Shown here piece after piece: positions 9,557-16,114 of a stretch of 20,000 nucleotides of DNA (the stretch's first letter is position 1; the number at the start of each line of letters is the position of its first letter). The notes under the pieces are model-generated. The model saw only the letters and a list, made by a program, of their open reading frames with translations, was not told the origin of the DNA and made no database searches. The translations under genes were made by a program, and so were the position numbers. Source of the stretch: a bacterium. GTDB taxonomy: Bacteria > J088 > JAWLBW01. The stretch covers positions 195,295 to 215,294 of the forward strand of contig JAWLHK010000008.1 of the NCBI GenBank assembly GCA_041690355.1. Direction: 5' to 3'.

Positions 9557-11665
9557 ATGTCCGAACGTATCGATCTGCAATCGGCCGCGTGGCAGCTGGC
9601 CGGATTTCTTCCGCGCGAAGCCTCTGCGGCCGCCGACGGCGAACACGCCGATCGCTGGTTCGACATCACGTTTCCCGCCACGGTGCGCCACGCCCATCGG
9701 GCCGCGGGCCGCGCGCTGCCCGACGATTGGGCGCAGCGCGAATGGTGGTACCGCTGCCGATTTCCCCGCCCGGGCGGCAAGGATCGCGTCGTGCGCCTGC
9801 AGCTGGTGGGCGTGGACTATCACGAGATCACGTGGCTGAACGGCGATCGCCTGGGTGAGGACAAAGGGGCCTTCGGGCCGGCCGACTACGACATCAGCAA
9901 CTCGCTGGCCGACGACAACGAGCTGATCATCCGCGTGCAGCCGGCCGTGAACGCGCAGGAGCGCATGCTGACGCCGAACCGATCACCGCTGCGCTGGGAG
10001 AACCCCGGCGAGCCGCGCTTCGACGACGTGGGCGTATGGGACGCCGTGCGCATCTTCGTGAGCGGGCCCGCGTACTTCGACGGCTGGCTCGTGCGCGGCG
10101 AACTCGACGGCGAGCGGGGCGACGTGAGCGTGCGCCTCGAGGTGAACAATACACAGAAGACGACGCAGGCCGAAATCCGGATCAGCGTGCTCGACGGCGG
10201 GCGCGAAGTCGCCCGCGAAGAGTTCAGCGCCGAGCTGGCCACGGGCGAGAACACGCTCGATCGTTCGGTGTACGTGGACGCGGTGAAGCCCTGGTTTCCG
10301 CACACGCATGGCGAGCCGCACCGCTACACCCTGCGCGCGGAATTGCGCCTCGGCGGGGGCGTGGTCGACAGCCTCGAGCAGGTCTTCGGCGTGCGCACGA
10401 TCCGCGTGCAGCGTGCGGGCGACGCGGCGAAGCTCTGGCGCACGACGGTCAACGATCGCGAAGTCTTTCTCCAGGGGATCAACTGGGCGGGGATGCCCCT
10501 GCCGCCGGGGCTCACCTATGACGACATGGTCGGCCGCCTGAAGGACGGCGGCGTGAACGCCGTGCGCGTCTGGGGCGGCCGTCACCCGGACGCCTTTTAT
10601 GAAGCGTGCGATCGGCTGGGCATCCTGGTGCTCCAGGAGTTTCCCTACGCGCTGCTCGACGGGCGGACCTATCCGCGCGCGACCCCCGATTTTCCCGCGG
10701 CGCGTGAAATTCCCGTCATCGCGCGCGGCGATAATGCCAACCTCGTGCGGCACATCCGCAATCATCCCTGCATCTTTCTCTGGGTCGGCGGCACGCGGGT
10801 GCACAACCGCGACAACGCGCACGTGATGCGGCTCGTCGAAGACGCCCTGCGCACGCAGGACGGCACGCGGCCGTACATTCCGGTTTTTCCCACGGAGGGG
10901 GTCCGGCTCGACACCGAGATCCGGGTCTCGACCCGCTCACCCGAGCACTTCGAAGACGCGCCGCGGCTCCTGATCGCCGCCGGGCTTCCGGCGTGGGACG
11001 GAGAAGCGCCGCCGGCCGATTTGCCGAAGCGGTGGAAGAAGTACGGCGGCGACGCGGCACAGGCGCGCGCGATCGCCTGGGCCGCCGGCGCGCAGCGCAC
11101 CGAGGAGACGGCCGGGGGCTTCGTCGGCGAAGTCATCGACTGGCACCCCGACGGCGGCTACGGCCTGCACACGTTTCGCGGCGAGCCGCGCACGGCCTGG
11201 TCGACCCTGGCGGGGCTGTATGCGCCGCAGGCCGCGGGGCTGCGCTTCGCGTGGAAGCGCCACACGGCCGGCAGCCTCGACTGTGAGGTCTGGGCGGCGG
11301 GCGAAGGAAACGAAGCGAAGGTGCGCGTGAAGGTGACCGGGGCCGACGGTGCGAGCGACGGCGTGGAGACGACGGTTCCCCTTCGGCAGGGGTTGGGTGA
11401 AGCGGACTTCCAGATCCCCCTTCGCGGAACGCCGCCGCTGACGGCCTGGGTGTCGGTGGATGGCGGCCGCGAAGTTCCCTATCCGCTCGATGCGGCGAAG
11501 CCGCCCTCATCGGCCTCGGTCGCCGAACTGCATGCGCTGCGCTCGCAGCTCGCGGTGCAGGCGGCGACGTATCGTCCGCTGCGCGACATCGGCATCTACG
11601 GTCTGCTGCCGGTGGAGCTGCTGCTGCAGGGACTTTTTGCACTGCGGTTGGCGATCGGAGTTTGA
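9557..11665 (+). CDS. Glycoside hydrolase family 2 (beta-mannosidase-like) protein, probably catalytically inactive
   Basis: WWYRCRF, GVDY...WLNG..LGEDKGAFGPADYDIS, GVWDAVRI, KPWFPHTHGEPHRYTL, FGVRTI, FLQGINW, NAVRVWGG...FYEACDRLGILVLQEF, RNHPCIFLWVGG. Start is 3 nt after the upstream stop, with an AGAGG SD. Confidence 0.85.
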   Translation: MSERIDLQSAAWQLAGFLPREASAAADGEHADRWFDITFPATVRHAHRAAGRALPDDWAQREWWYRCRFPRPGGKDRVVRLQLVGVDYHEITWLNGDRLGEDKGAFGPADYDISNSLADDNELIIRVQPAVNAQERMLTPNRSPLRWENPGEPRFDDVGVWDAVRIFVSGPAYFDGWLVRGELDGERGDVSVRLEVNNTQKTTQAEIRISVLDGGREVAREEFSAELATGENTLDRSVYVDAVKPWFPHTHGEPHRYTLRAELRLGGGVVDSLEQVFGVRTIRVQRAGDAAKLWRTTVNDREVFLQGINWAGMPLPPGLTYDDMVGRLKDGGVNAVRVWGGRHPDAFYEACDRLGILVLQEFPYALLDGRTYPRATPDFPAAREIPVIARGDNANLVRHIRNHPCIFLWVGGTRVHNRDNAHVMRLVEDALRTQDGTRPYIPVFPTEGVRLDTEIRVSTRSPEHFEDAPRLLIAAGLPAWDGEAPPADLPKRWKKYGGDAAQARAIAWAAGAQRTEETAGGFVGEVIDWHPDGGYGLHTFRGEPRTAWSTLAGLYAPQAAGLRFAWKRHTAGSLDCEVWAAGEGNEAKVRVKVTGADGASDGVETTVPLRQGLGEADFQIPLRGTPPLTAWVSVDGGREVPYPLDAAKPPSSASVAELHALRSQLAVQAATYRPLRDIGIYGLLPVELLLQGLFALRLAIGV

Positions 11666-11689
11666 GGTGCGCGGAGGGTCGCTTCCCGA

Positions 11690-11729
11690 GGAGTGGGGGA
11701 GGGGGAGAGGGGGGGAGAAACAAGGGCGA
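11690..11729 (+). repeat. G-tract repeat copy 2
   Basis: ggagtgggggagggggagagggggggagaaacaagggcga. Confidence 0.8.
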
Positions 11730-11787
11730 AGCAAGGACGCGGATTCCCCCAGTACCCTACGTACCGTGAAAATCGGGGTGGAAATGG

Positions 11788-11819
11788 AACGGGCGGTACC
11801 CTTACGGGTCCGCCCGTTT
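11788..11819. terminator. GC-rich hairpin, possible (bidirectional) terminator between convergent GH2 and tal genes
   Basis: AACGGGCGG-t-ACCC-ttac-GGGT-CCGCCCGTT; the U tract is short. Confidence 0.45.
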
Positions 11820-11895
11820 GCATGCGAACGTCGTCTAATCACGACGCACTTGTTTCCACCGGCGCATTGCCCCCCGTAGCGAAGCGGATGGGGGC

Positions 11896-11930
11896 CCAGC
11901 GTCCAGCGCCCAGCCCCCAGCGCCCGGCCT
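11896..11930. repeat. Heptamer tandem array (CCAGCGC)x5, degenerate
   Basis: CCAGCGT CCAGCGC CCAGCCC CCAGCGC CCGGCCT, abutting the tal stop codon. Confidence 0.7.
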
Positions 11931-12574
11931 TACTTGGGGACGCTCTCCCAGTCCTTGAGGAACTTTTCGAGGCCGATGTCGGTGAGCGGGTGCTTCACGA
12001 GCTGCTCGATGACCGAGAGGGGCATCGTGGCGACGTGGGCGCCGAGCATGGCCGCCTCGAGAATGTGCACCGGGTTGCGCACGCTGGCCACCAGCACCTG
12101 CGTCTCGAAGTCGTAGTTCTCGTAGATCTGCACGATCTGCTCGATCAGTTCCATGCCGATCTGCGAGATGTCGTCGAGGCGGCCGACGAACGGCGAGATG
12201 TAGGTCGCGCCGGCCTTGGCCGCGAGCAGCGCCTGGTTGGCCGAGAAGCAGAGGGTGACGTTGGTCTTGATCCCCTCCTTCGTGCAGGTCTTGACCGCCT
12301 TGAGCCCTTCTTTGATGAGCGGAATCTTCACGACGATGTTCTTGTGGAACTTCGCGAGCTCGTGGGCTTCCTTCATGATCTCGTCATGCGTCGTGCCGAC
12401 CACTTCGGCCGAAATCGGGCCGTTCACCTCTGCACAGATTTCTGCGAGCACGTCGAGAAACTTGCGCCCCGATTTCGCGATGAGCGACGGATTCGTGGTC
12501 ACGCCGTCGACAAGGCCCATCCGGTTGCCTTCGCGGATCTCGTTGATGTCGGCGCTGTCGATAAAAAACTTCAT
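11930..12574 (-). CDS. tal: Transaldolase (TalC/Fsa-like family)
   Basis: Start ATG at 12574: MKFFIDSAD...[47 protein letters not shown]. Glu in ISAE and Phe in SPFVGR fit a true transaldolase rather than FSA (Gln/Tyr). Confidence 0.92.
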   Translation of the reverse strand: MKFFIDSADINEIREGNRMGLVDGVTTNPSLIAKSGRKFLDVLAEICAEVNGPISAEVVGTTHDEIMKEAHELAKFHKNIVVKIPLIKEGLKAVKTCTKEGIKTNVTLCFSANQALLAAKAGATYISPFVGRLDDISQIGMELIEQIVQIYENYDFETQVLVASVRNPVHILEAAMLGAHVATMPLSVIEQLVKHPLTDIGLEKFLKDWESVPK

Positions 12575-12612
12575 GGGGGCCTCTGGAATCGAAGGGAGAG
12601 TGGAAAAGGGAG

Positions 12613-12621
12613 ATTGTACCA
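12613..12621 (-). promoter_or_regulatory. Extended -10 promoter element for tal (TGgTACAAT)
   Basis: Minus strand TGGTACAAT about 38 nt upstream of the tal ATG, followed by an AGAGG SD-like sequence. Confidence 0.55.
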
Positions 12622-12692
12622 AGGGGCGCCGGGCATCGAAAGCGCGGCCTTGCCGGCCCTGAAACGGAACTGCGAAACCCGGCGGCGCTCGG

Positions 12693-13031
12693 CTACAGCA
12701 ACCGGGTCCCCAGGGGCACCGGGCGGTCGGGGACGCAGAGGGCGACCTCGCCGTTCTCGTTGTGAAAGCCGGTCACGAGGCACTCCGACATCAGCGGCCC
12801 GATCTGCTTGGGCGCAAAATTGACGACGGCCACGACCAGCCTCCCCACCAGATCGGCGGGCTGGTACAGAGCCGTAATCTGCGCGCTCGATTTTCGGATG
12901 CCGATCTCGGGGCCGAAATCCACCTGCAGGACATAGGCCGGCTTGCGGGCCTCGGGAAAGGGAGCCGCGCTCACGATGCGTCCCACCCGAAGGTCAACTT
13001 TCATGAAGTCATCCCACGACAGGGTCTGCAT
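12693..13031 (-). CDS. csaA: CsaA / Trbp111-type OB-fold tRNA-binding and export chaperone
   Basis: [68 protein letters not shown]. Confidence 0.92.
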   Translation of the reverse strand: MQTLSWDDFMKVDLRVGRIVSAAPFPEARKPAYVLQVDFGPEIGIRKSSAQITALYQPADLVGRLVVAVVNFAPKQIGPLMSECLVTGFHNENGEVALCVPDRPVPLGTRLL

Positions 13032-13107
13032 GTTTCTCTCCGGAGAGTGACTGCGGCACGAGCGGGAACGAGGAAAGCGGAGAATCCGAAGGACGAACCG
13101 GGCCGGC

Positions 13108-13866
13108 TCAGGCGATGGCGATGGGGCCCTCGATGCTGCGGCCGAAGAACTGCTGCAGGATCGGGTTCGGCGAGTTGAGGATAGCCTGCTTGCTGCCGAA
13201 CTCGATCAGCTCGCTCTTGTAGAGCATGCCGATGTTGTCGGCGACCTTGCGGGTCCCCTCGATGTCGTGCGAGATGACGATGAAGGTCGAACCGAGCTCG
13301 GACTTCATCTTGAGGATCAGCTCGTCAATCGCGGCGCTCATGACCGGATCGAGCCCCGAGTTGGGTTCGTCGAAGAAGACGATTTCGGGGTCGAGGGCGA
13401 TGGCGCGGGCAATGCCGACGCGCTTGCGCATCCCGCCGGAGAGCGAGGCGGGCATTTTCCACTCGATGCCCGGCAGGCCGACCTGACGCAGCTTGCGGGC
13501 CACGATCTCGGCGATCTCCTCTTCGGACTTCTTCGTGTGGCGGCGGAGGGGAAAGGCGATGTTGTCGCCGACGGTCATGGAGTCGAAGAGGGCGCCGTCC
13601 TGGAAGCACATGCCGAACTTCATGCGCACGTCGACCAGGCGCTGGCGCGGCATGGCGACGATGTCTTCGCCGTCGATGCGGATGGCGCCGTTGTCGGGCT
13701 TGAGCAGGCCGACCAGGTTCTTGATCAGCACGCTCTTGCCGGTGCCGCTGGGCCCGATGAACACAGTGGTCGTGCCCCGCTCGATCTTGCAGGTCACGTT
13801 GCGCAGCACCTGGTGGGCGCCGAACGATTTCGACAGATTCTCGATTTCGATGACGTAATCGGCCAC
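13108..13866 (-). CDS. mlaF: ABC transporter ATP-binding protein, MlaF/Mkl family
   Basis: GPSGTGKS, FQDGALFDSMTVGDNIAFPL, SLSGGMRKRVGIARAIALDPEIVFFDEPNSGLDP, ISHD; probable GTG start at 13866. Confidence 0.85.
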   Translation of the reverse strand: MADYVIEIENLSKSFGAHQVLRNVTCKIERGTTTVFIGPSGTGKSVLIKNLVGLLKPDNGAIRIDGEDIVAMPRQRLVDVRMKFGMCFQDGALFDSMTVGDNIAFPLRRHTKKSEEEIAEIVARKLRQVGLPGIEWKMPASLSGGMRKRVGIARAIALDPEIVFFDEPNSGLDPVMSAAIDELILKMKSELGSTFIVISHDIEGTRKVADNIGMLYKSELIEFGSKQAILNSPNPILQQFFGRSIEGPIAIA

Positions 13867-13914
13867 GGCCCTCAAGGTTAGCATAGCGGCCGGCTTTTCG
13901 CTATCCGCACTGCG

Positions 13915-14247
13915 TCAAATGTCCTGACTCTCCTCACCCAGGCTGTCGGTGATCCAGTTCAGATAGGCGGGGAGCCCGTGTTCGACGGGGACGGCGAGGA
14001 TTTCGGGGACCTCGTAGGGATGGAGCGCCTGAACGCGGGACTGCACGTGGGGGTAGGCCTCGGCATCGGTCTTGAGGAGAAGCAGGGTCTCGGTCTCCTG
14101 CTCGATCTTCCCCTTCCACCGATAAATGGAACGGATCCCCGGCACCAGGTTTCCGCAGGCGGCCAGGCGCTCTTCGACGAGGGTCCGGGCGATGGACGCG
14201 GCGACGTCGGGGTTCGGACAGGTCACGAAGACGATGTAGGTCTGCAT
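13915..14247 (-). CDS. cutA: Divalent-cation tolerance protein CutA
   Basis: YIVFVTCP...IARTLVEERLAACGNLVPGIRSIYRWKGKI...LLKT...LHPYEVPEI...YLNWI; start at 14247 or 14256. Confidence 0.93.
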   Translation of the reverse strand: MQTYIVFVTCPNPDVAASIARTLVEERLAACGNLVPGIRSIYRWKGKIEQETETLLLLKTDAEAYPHVQSRVQALHPYEVPEILAVPVEHGLPAYLNWITDSLGEESQDI

Positions 14248-14254
14248 GCTTTTC

Positions 14255-14285
14255 ATTGTTAATGGTCGATGGACGATGGTCAATG
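14255..14285. repeat. Heptamer tandem array (ATGGTC-type)
   Basis: ATTGTTA ATGGTCG ATGGACG ATGGTCA ATG. Confidence 0.65.
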
Positions 14286-14300
14286 CCCCGGGCGCACCCT

Positions 14301-14349
14301 CTCGCTGTCGCGTCCACTCTGTTCCCGCCGTCAGCTCGAGGCGAACGGG
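14301..14349. repeat. Right half of the CCGTTCG/CGAACGG palindromic element
   Basis: ctcgctgtcg...ccgtcagctcgaggcgaacggg matches 15893-15944 (ctcgctgtcg...ccgtcagctcgggacgaacggg). Confidence 0.7.
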
Positions 14350-14355
14350 AGGACG

Positions 14356-14390
14356 CAATCGTCAATGGTCAATCGTAAATTGTAAATTGC
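14356..14390. repeat. Heptamer tandem array (CAATCGT/AAATTGT)x5
   Basis: CAATCGT CAATGGT CAATCGT AAATTGT AAATTGC. Confidence 0.8.
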
Positions 14391-14400
14391 CTTGGCCTGA

Positions 14401-14429
14401 TGGACAGCGGCCGACCCTCGTGATAGCCT
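14401..14429 (+). promoter_or_regulatory. Sigma70-type promoter with leaderless geometry
   Basis: TGGACA (14401-14406), 17-nt spacer ending TGa, TAGCCT (14424-14429), 6 nt, ATG 14436. Confidence 0.6.
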
Positions 14430-14435
14430 TGTCGG

Positions 14436-15737
14436 ATGGCGCGGCGGCTCTCCCGATGGCTCGTTCTGGCCGGCTGGTGCGCAGTGTCGAGCGCCGGGCT
14501 CGGCGGCTGCGGCGCACCTGAAGCCGAGATCCGTTACCGCTACCGGCTGGGGGTCATCGACCCGCTCCCTATCGGTGACAGCCGCGCACTGACCTTCGTC
14601 GGCGCTCCCCCGGCTTCGCGTTCGGACGTCCGCTGGACATCGGCCAACCCAGCAGTCGCGAGCGTGAACGCCGCCGGCATCGTGCGCGCCCTGCAGGCCG
14701 GCGCGACCCGGATCACCGCCCATCTTCCCGACGGAGAAGCTTCGGCCACGATCGAAGTCGCCACGGCGAAGCTCCGTTGGGTACAGTACGCCACCCCCCG
14801 GCCGCGACGGTTCGTGGCCGCCTCTCCCGGCGGATGGGTCTTTTCCGTGGGAGTCACCGCCGCAAGCTGCGACCCATACTGCCCGGGCGAACTGGCCGTC
14901 TATCGTCCGGATGGGACCCTCGCGGCGGAACATGACGAGGCCGCTTCTGTCACCGTCGGCGCCGAGGCGGGCTGGTTCCAGCGGCACGGGCAGATCTTCC
15001 GCGTCGCCTTCGCCGACCCCGTTTCGGCCGTGCCCGTGGCCGAGGGGCTTCTGCTCGCGCGTTTCTCCGACGGCGACCTGCTCGCGGCCGTCGGGAACGC
15101 CCTGTTCCGCCTCGACGCGAACGGGTCGCGCGAACTTCTGGGGCCGGTCGTGGGAACCATCCGGCGGGCCCTGATTCTCGACGGCGATGCCGTGGCGGTT
15201 TCGCACGGCGACGCGCAACTGAGCCTCCTCGCGAAGGGGGGCGTTACCGGCTTCAGGCTGGCGGCGCCGCAGATTCTGTGGGGAACCGATCGGCTTGGCC
15301 GCTGGCTGCTGACCGACGGCACGCAGCACTCGTTCACCCTGTTCGACGGCGCCGAGAGCACGTTGCTCCCGGGGTTCTACTCGGTGCTCATCGGCCCGGA
15401 CGGCCGCCTGGTGACGAGCGAAGGATTGAGCGCGTCGATCTCGGTGCCTGTGGCCACGCAGCGCGACGCGACGCTCTTCATCGCCCTGCACACGACCGGA
15501 TCGGCCGGCGAGACGAAGTACACCGACGTCGTGTTTCGCGCGGGCGAAATTCCCTATTGGCGCTGGGGACCCTCGGCCTGTACGGATCATCCGTTCGCGG
15601 TTGCCACCGGCCGCGGGTTCGCGGTGCTCTCGGACTGCAACCGGATCGCGCTCATCGACGATGTGCGGCTCGCTCCCGCGGGCGCCTGGCCGCAGCCCGG
15701 AGGTGACGCCGGGCGCAGCTGGGCCGCCGGGCGCTAG
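14436..15737 (+). CDS. Putative lipoprotein with bacterial Ig-like (Big_2) domain and probable beta-propeller region
   Basis: Signal MARRLSRWLVLAGWCAVSSAGLGGC (lipobox LGGC); VRWTSANPAVASVNAAGIVRALQAGATRITA is Big_2-like; beta-rich remainder ending WPQPGGDAGRS, a PQQ-like propeller closure motif. Confidence 0.75.
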   Translation: MARRLSRWLVLAGWCAVSSAGLGGCGAPEAEIRYRYRLGVIDPLPIGDSRALTFVGAPPASRSDVRWTSANPAVASVNAAGIVRALQAGATRITAHLPDGEASATIEVATAKLRWVQYATPRPRRFVAASPGGWVFSVGVTAASCDPYCPGELAVYRPDGTLAAEHDEAASVTVGAEAGWFQRHGQIFRVAFADPVSAVPVAEGLLLARFSDGDLLAAVGNALFRLDANGSRELLGPVVGTIRRALILDGDAVAVSHGDAQLSLLAKGGVTGFRLAAPQILWGTDRLGRWLLTDGTQHSFTLFDGAESTLLPGFYSVLIGPDGRLVTSEGLSASISVPVATQRDATLFIALHTTGSAGETKYTDVVFRAGEIPYWRWGPSACTDHPFAVATGRGFAVLSDCNRIALIDDVRLAPAGAWPQPGGDAGRSWAAGR

Positions 15738-15741
15738 GGGG

Positions 15742-15797
15742 CAGTCGTCAGTCTACAGTCCTCAGTATTCAGTCAACATTCCTCAGTCAACAGTCTC
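15742..15797. repeat. Heptamer tandem array (CAGTCNN)x8
   Basis: CAGTCGT CAGTCTA CAGTCCT CAGTATT CAGTCAA CATTCCT CAGTCAA CAGTCTC. Confidence 0.85.
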
Positions 15798-15813
15798 CGC
15801 TGCAGGTCGATAT

Positions 15814-15943
15814 CCGTTCGTGTCGAGCCGACGCCCGGCAGCAGGGCGAACGGCGACGGCGAGACAGACGCTTGGGTGCCCAGGTCCGGCCCCTCGCTGT
15901 CGGCCTTCCCTACCGCTTCGGCCCGTCAGCTCGGGACGAACGG
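15814..15943. repeat. 130-bp nested palindromic REP/MITE-like element
   Basis: Outer arms ccgttcgtgtcgagccgacg / cgtcagctcgggacgaacgg (17 of 20 complementary); inner arms cgacggcgag (15854-15863) / ctcgctgtcg (15893-15902). Confidence 0.75.
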
Positions 15944-15947
15944 GCGC

Positions 15948-15982
15948 AAGCGCCAAGCGCTGAGCACTGAGCACCGAACAGT
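15948..15982. repeat. Heptamer tandem array (GAGCACT-type)x5
   Basis: AAGCGCC AAGCGCT GAGCACT GAGCACC GAACAGT. Confidence 0.65.
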
Positions 15983-16012
15983 CAAGGACATGAGGGTTGA
16001 CGTTCTTGCGGG

Positions 16013-16070
16013 CATTCGTCACTCGTCACTCGTAACTTGTCACTCGCCCCAATCGTAAATCGTAAATTGA
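16013..16070. repeat. Two adjacent heptamer arrays, (CACTCGT)x5 and (AAATCGT)x3
   Basis: CATTCGT CACTCGT CACTCGT AACTTGT CACTCGC, then CAATCGT AAATCGT AAATTGA. Confidence 0.8.
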
Positions 16071-16079
16071 GGGTCGGGC

Positions 16080-16108
16080 TTGACTCCGGAAGCGGGAGCC
16101 TAGACCAT
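16080..16108 (+). promoter_or_regulatory. Possible sigma70-type promoter with leaderless geometry
   Basis: TTGACT (16080-16085), 17 nt, GACCAT (16103-16108), 6 nt, ATG 16115. The -10 lacks the first T. Confidence 0.4.
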
Positions 16109-16114
16109 GATTCC

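Noticed and set aside
11693..12823. 376-aa plus-strand ORF starting in the G-tract repeat
   Set aside because: Antisense to tal and csaA; the N-terminus is translated repeat sequence.
15783..16058. Short ORFs 15783-16022 (-) and 15876-16058 (+)
   Set aside because: Composed of palindrome and heptamer repeat sequence, with no coding-like pattern.
15742..16070. Possible CRISPR array or integron cassette array in the repeat-rich spacers
   Set aside because: Units are 7 bp without unique spacers, no cas or integrase gene is present, and the palindromes lack clear RYYYAAC...GTTRRRY attC ends.
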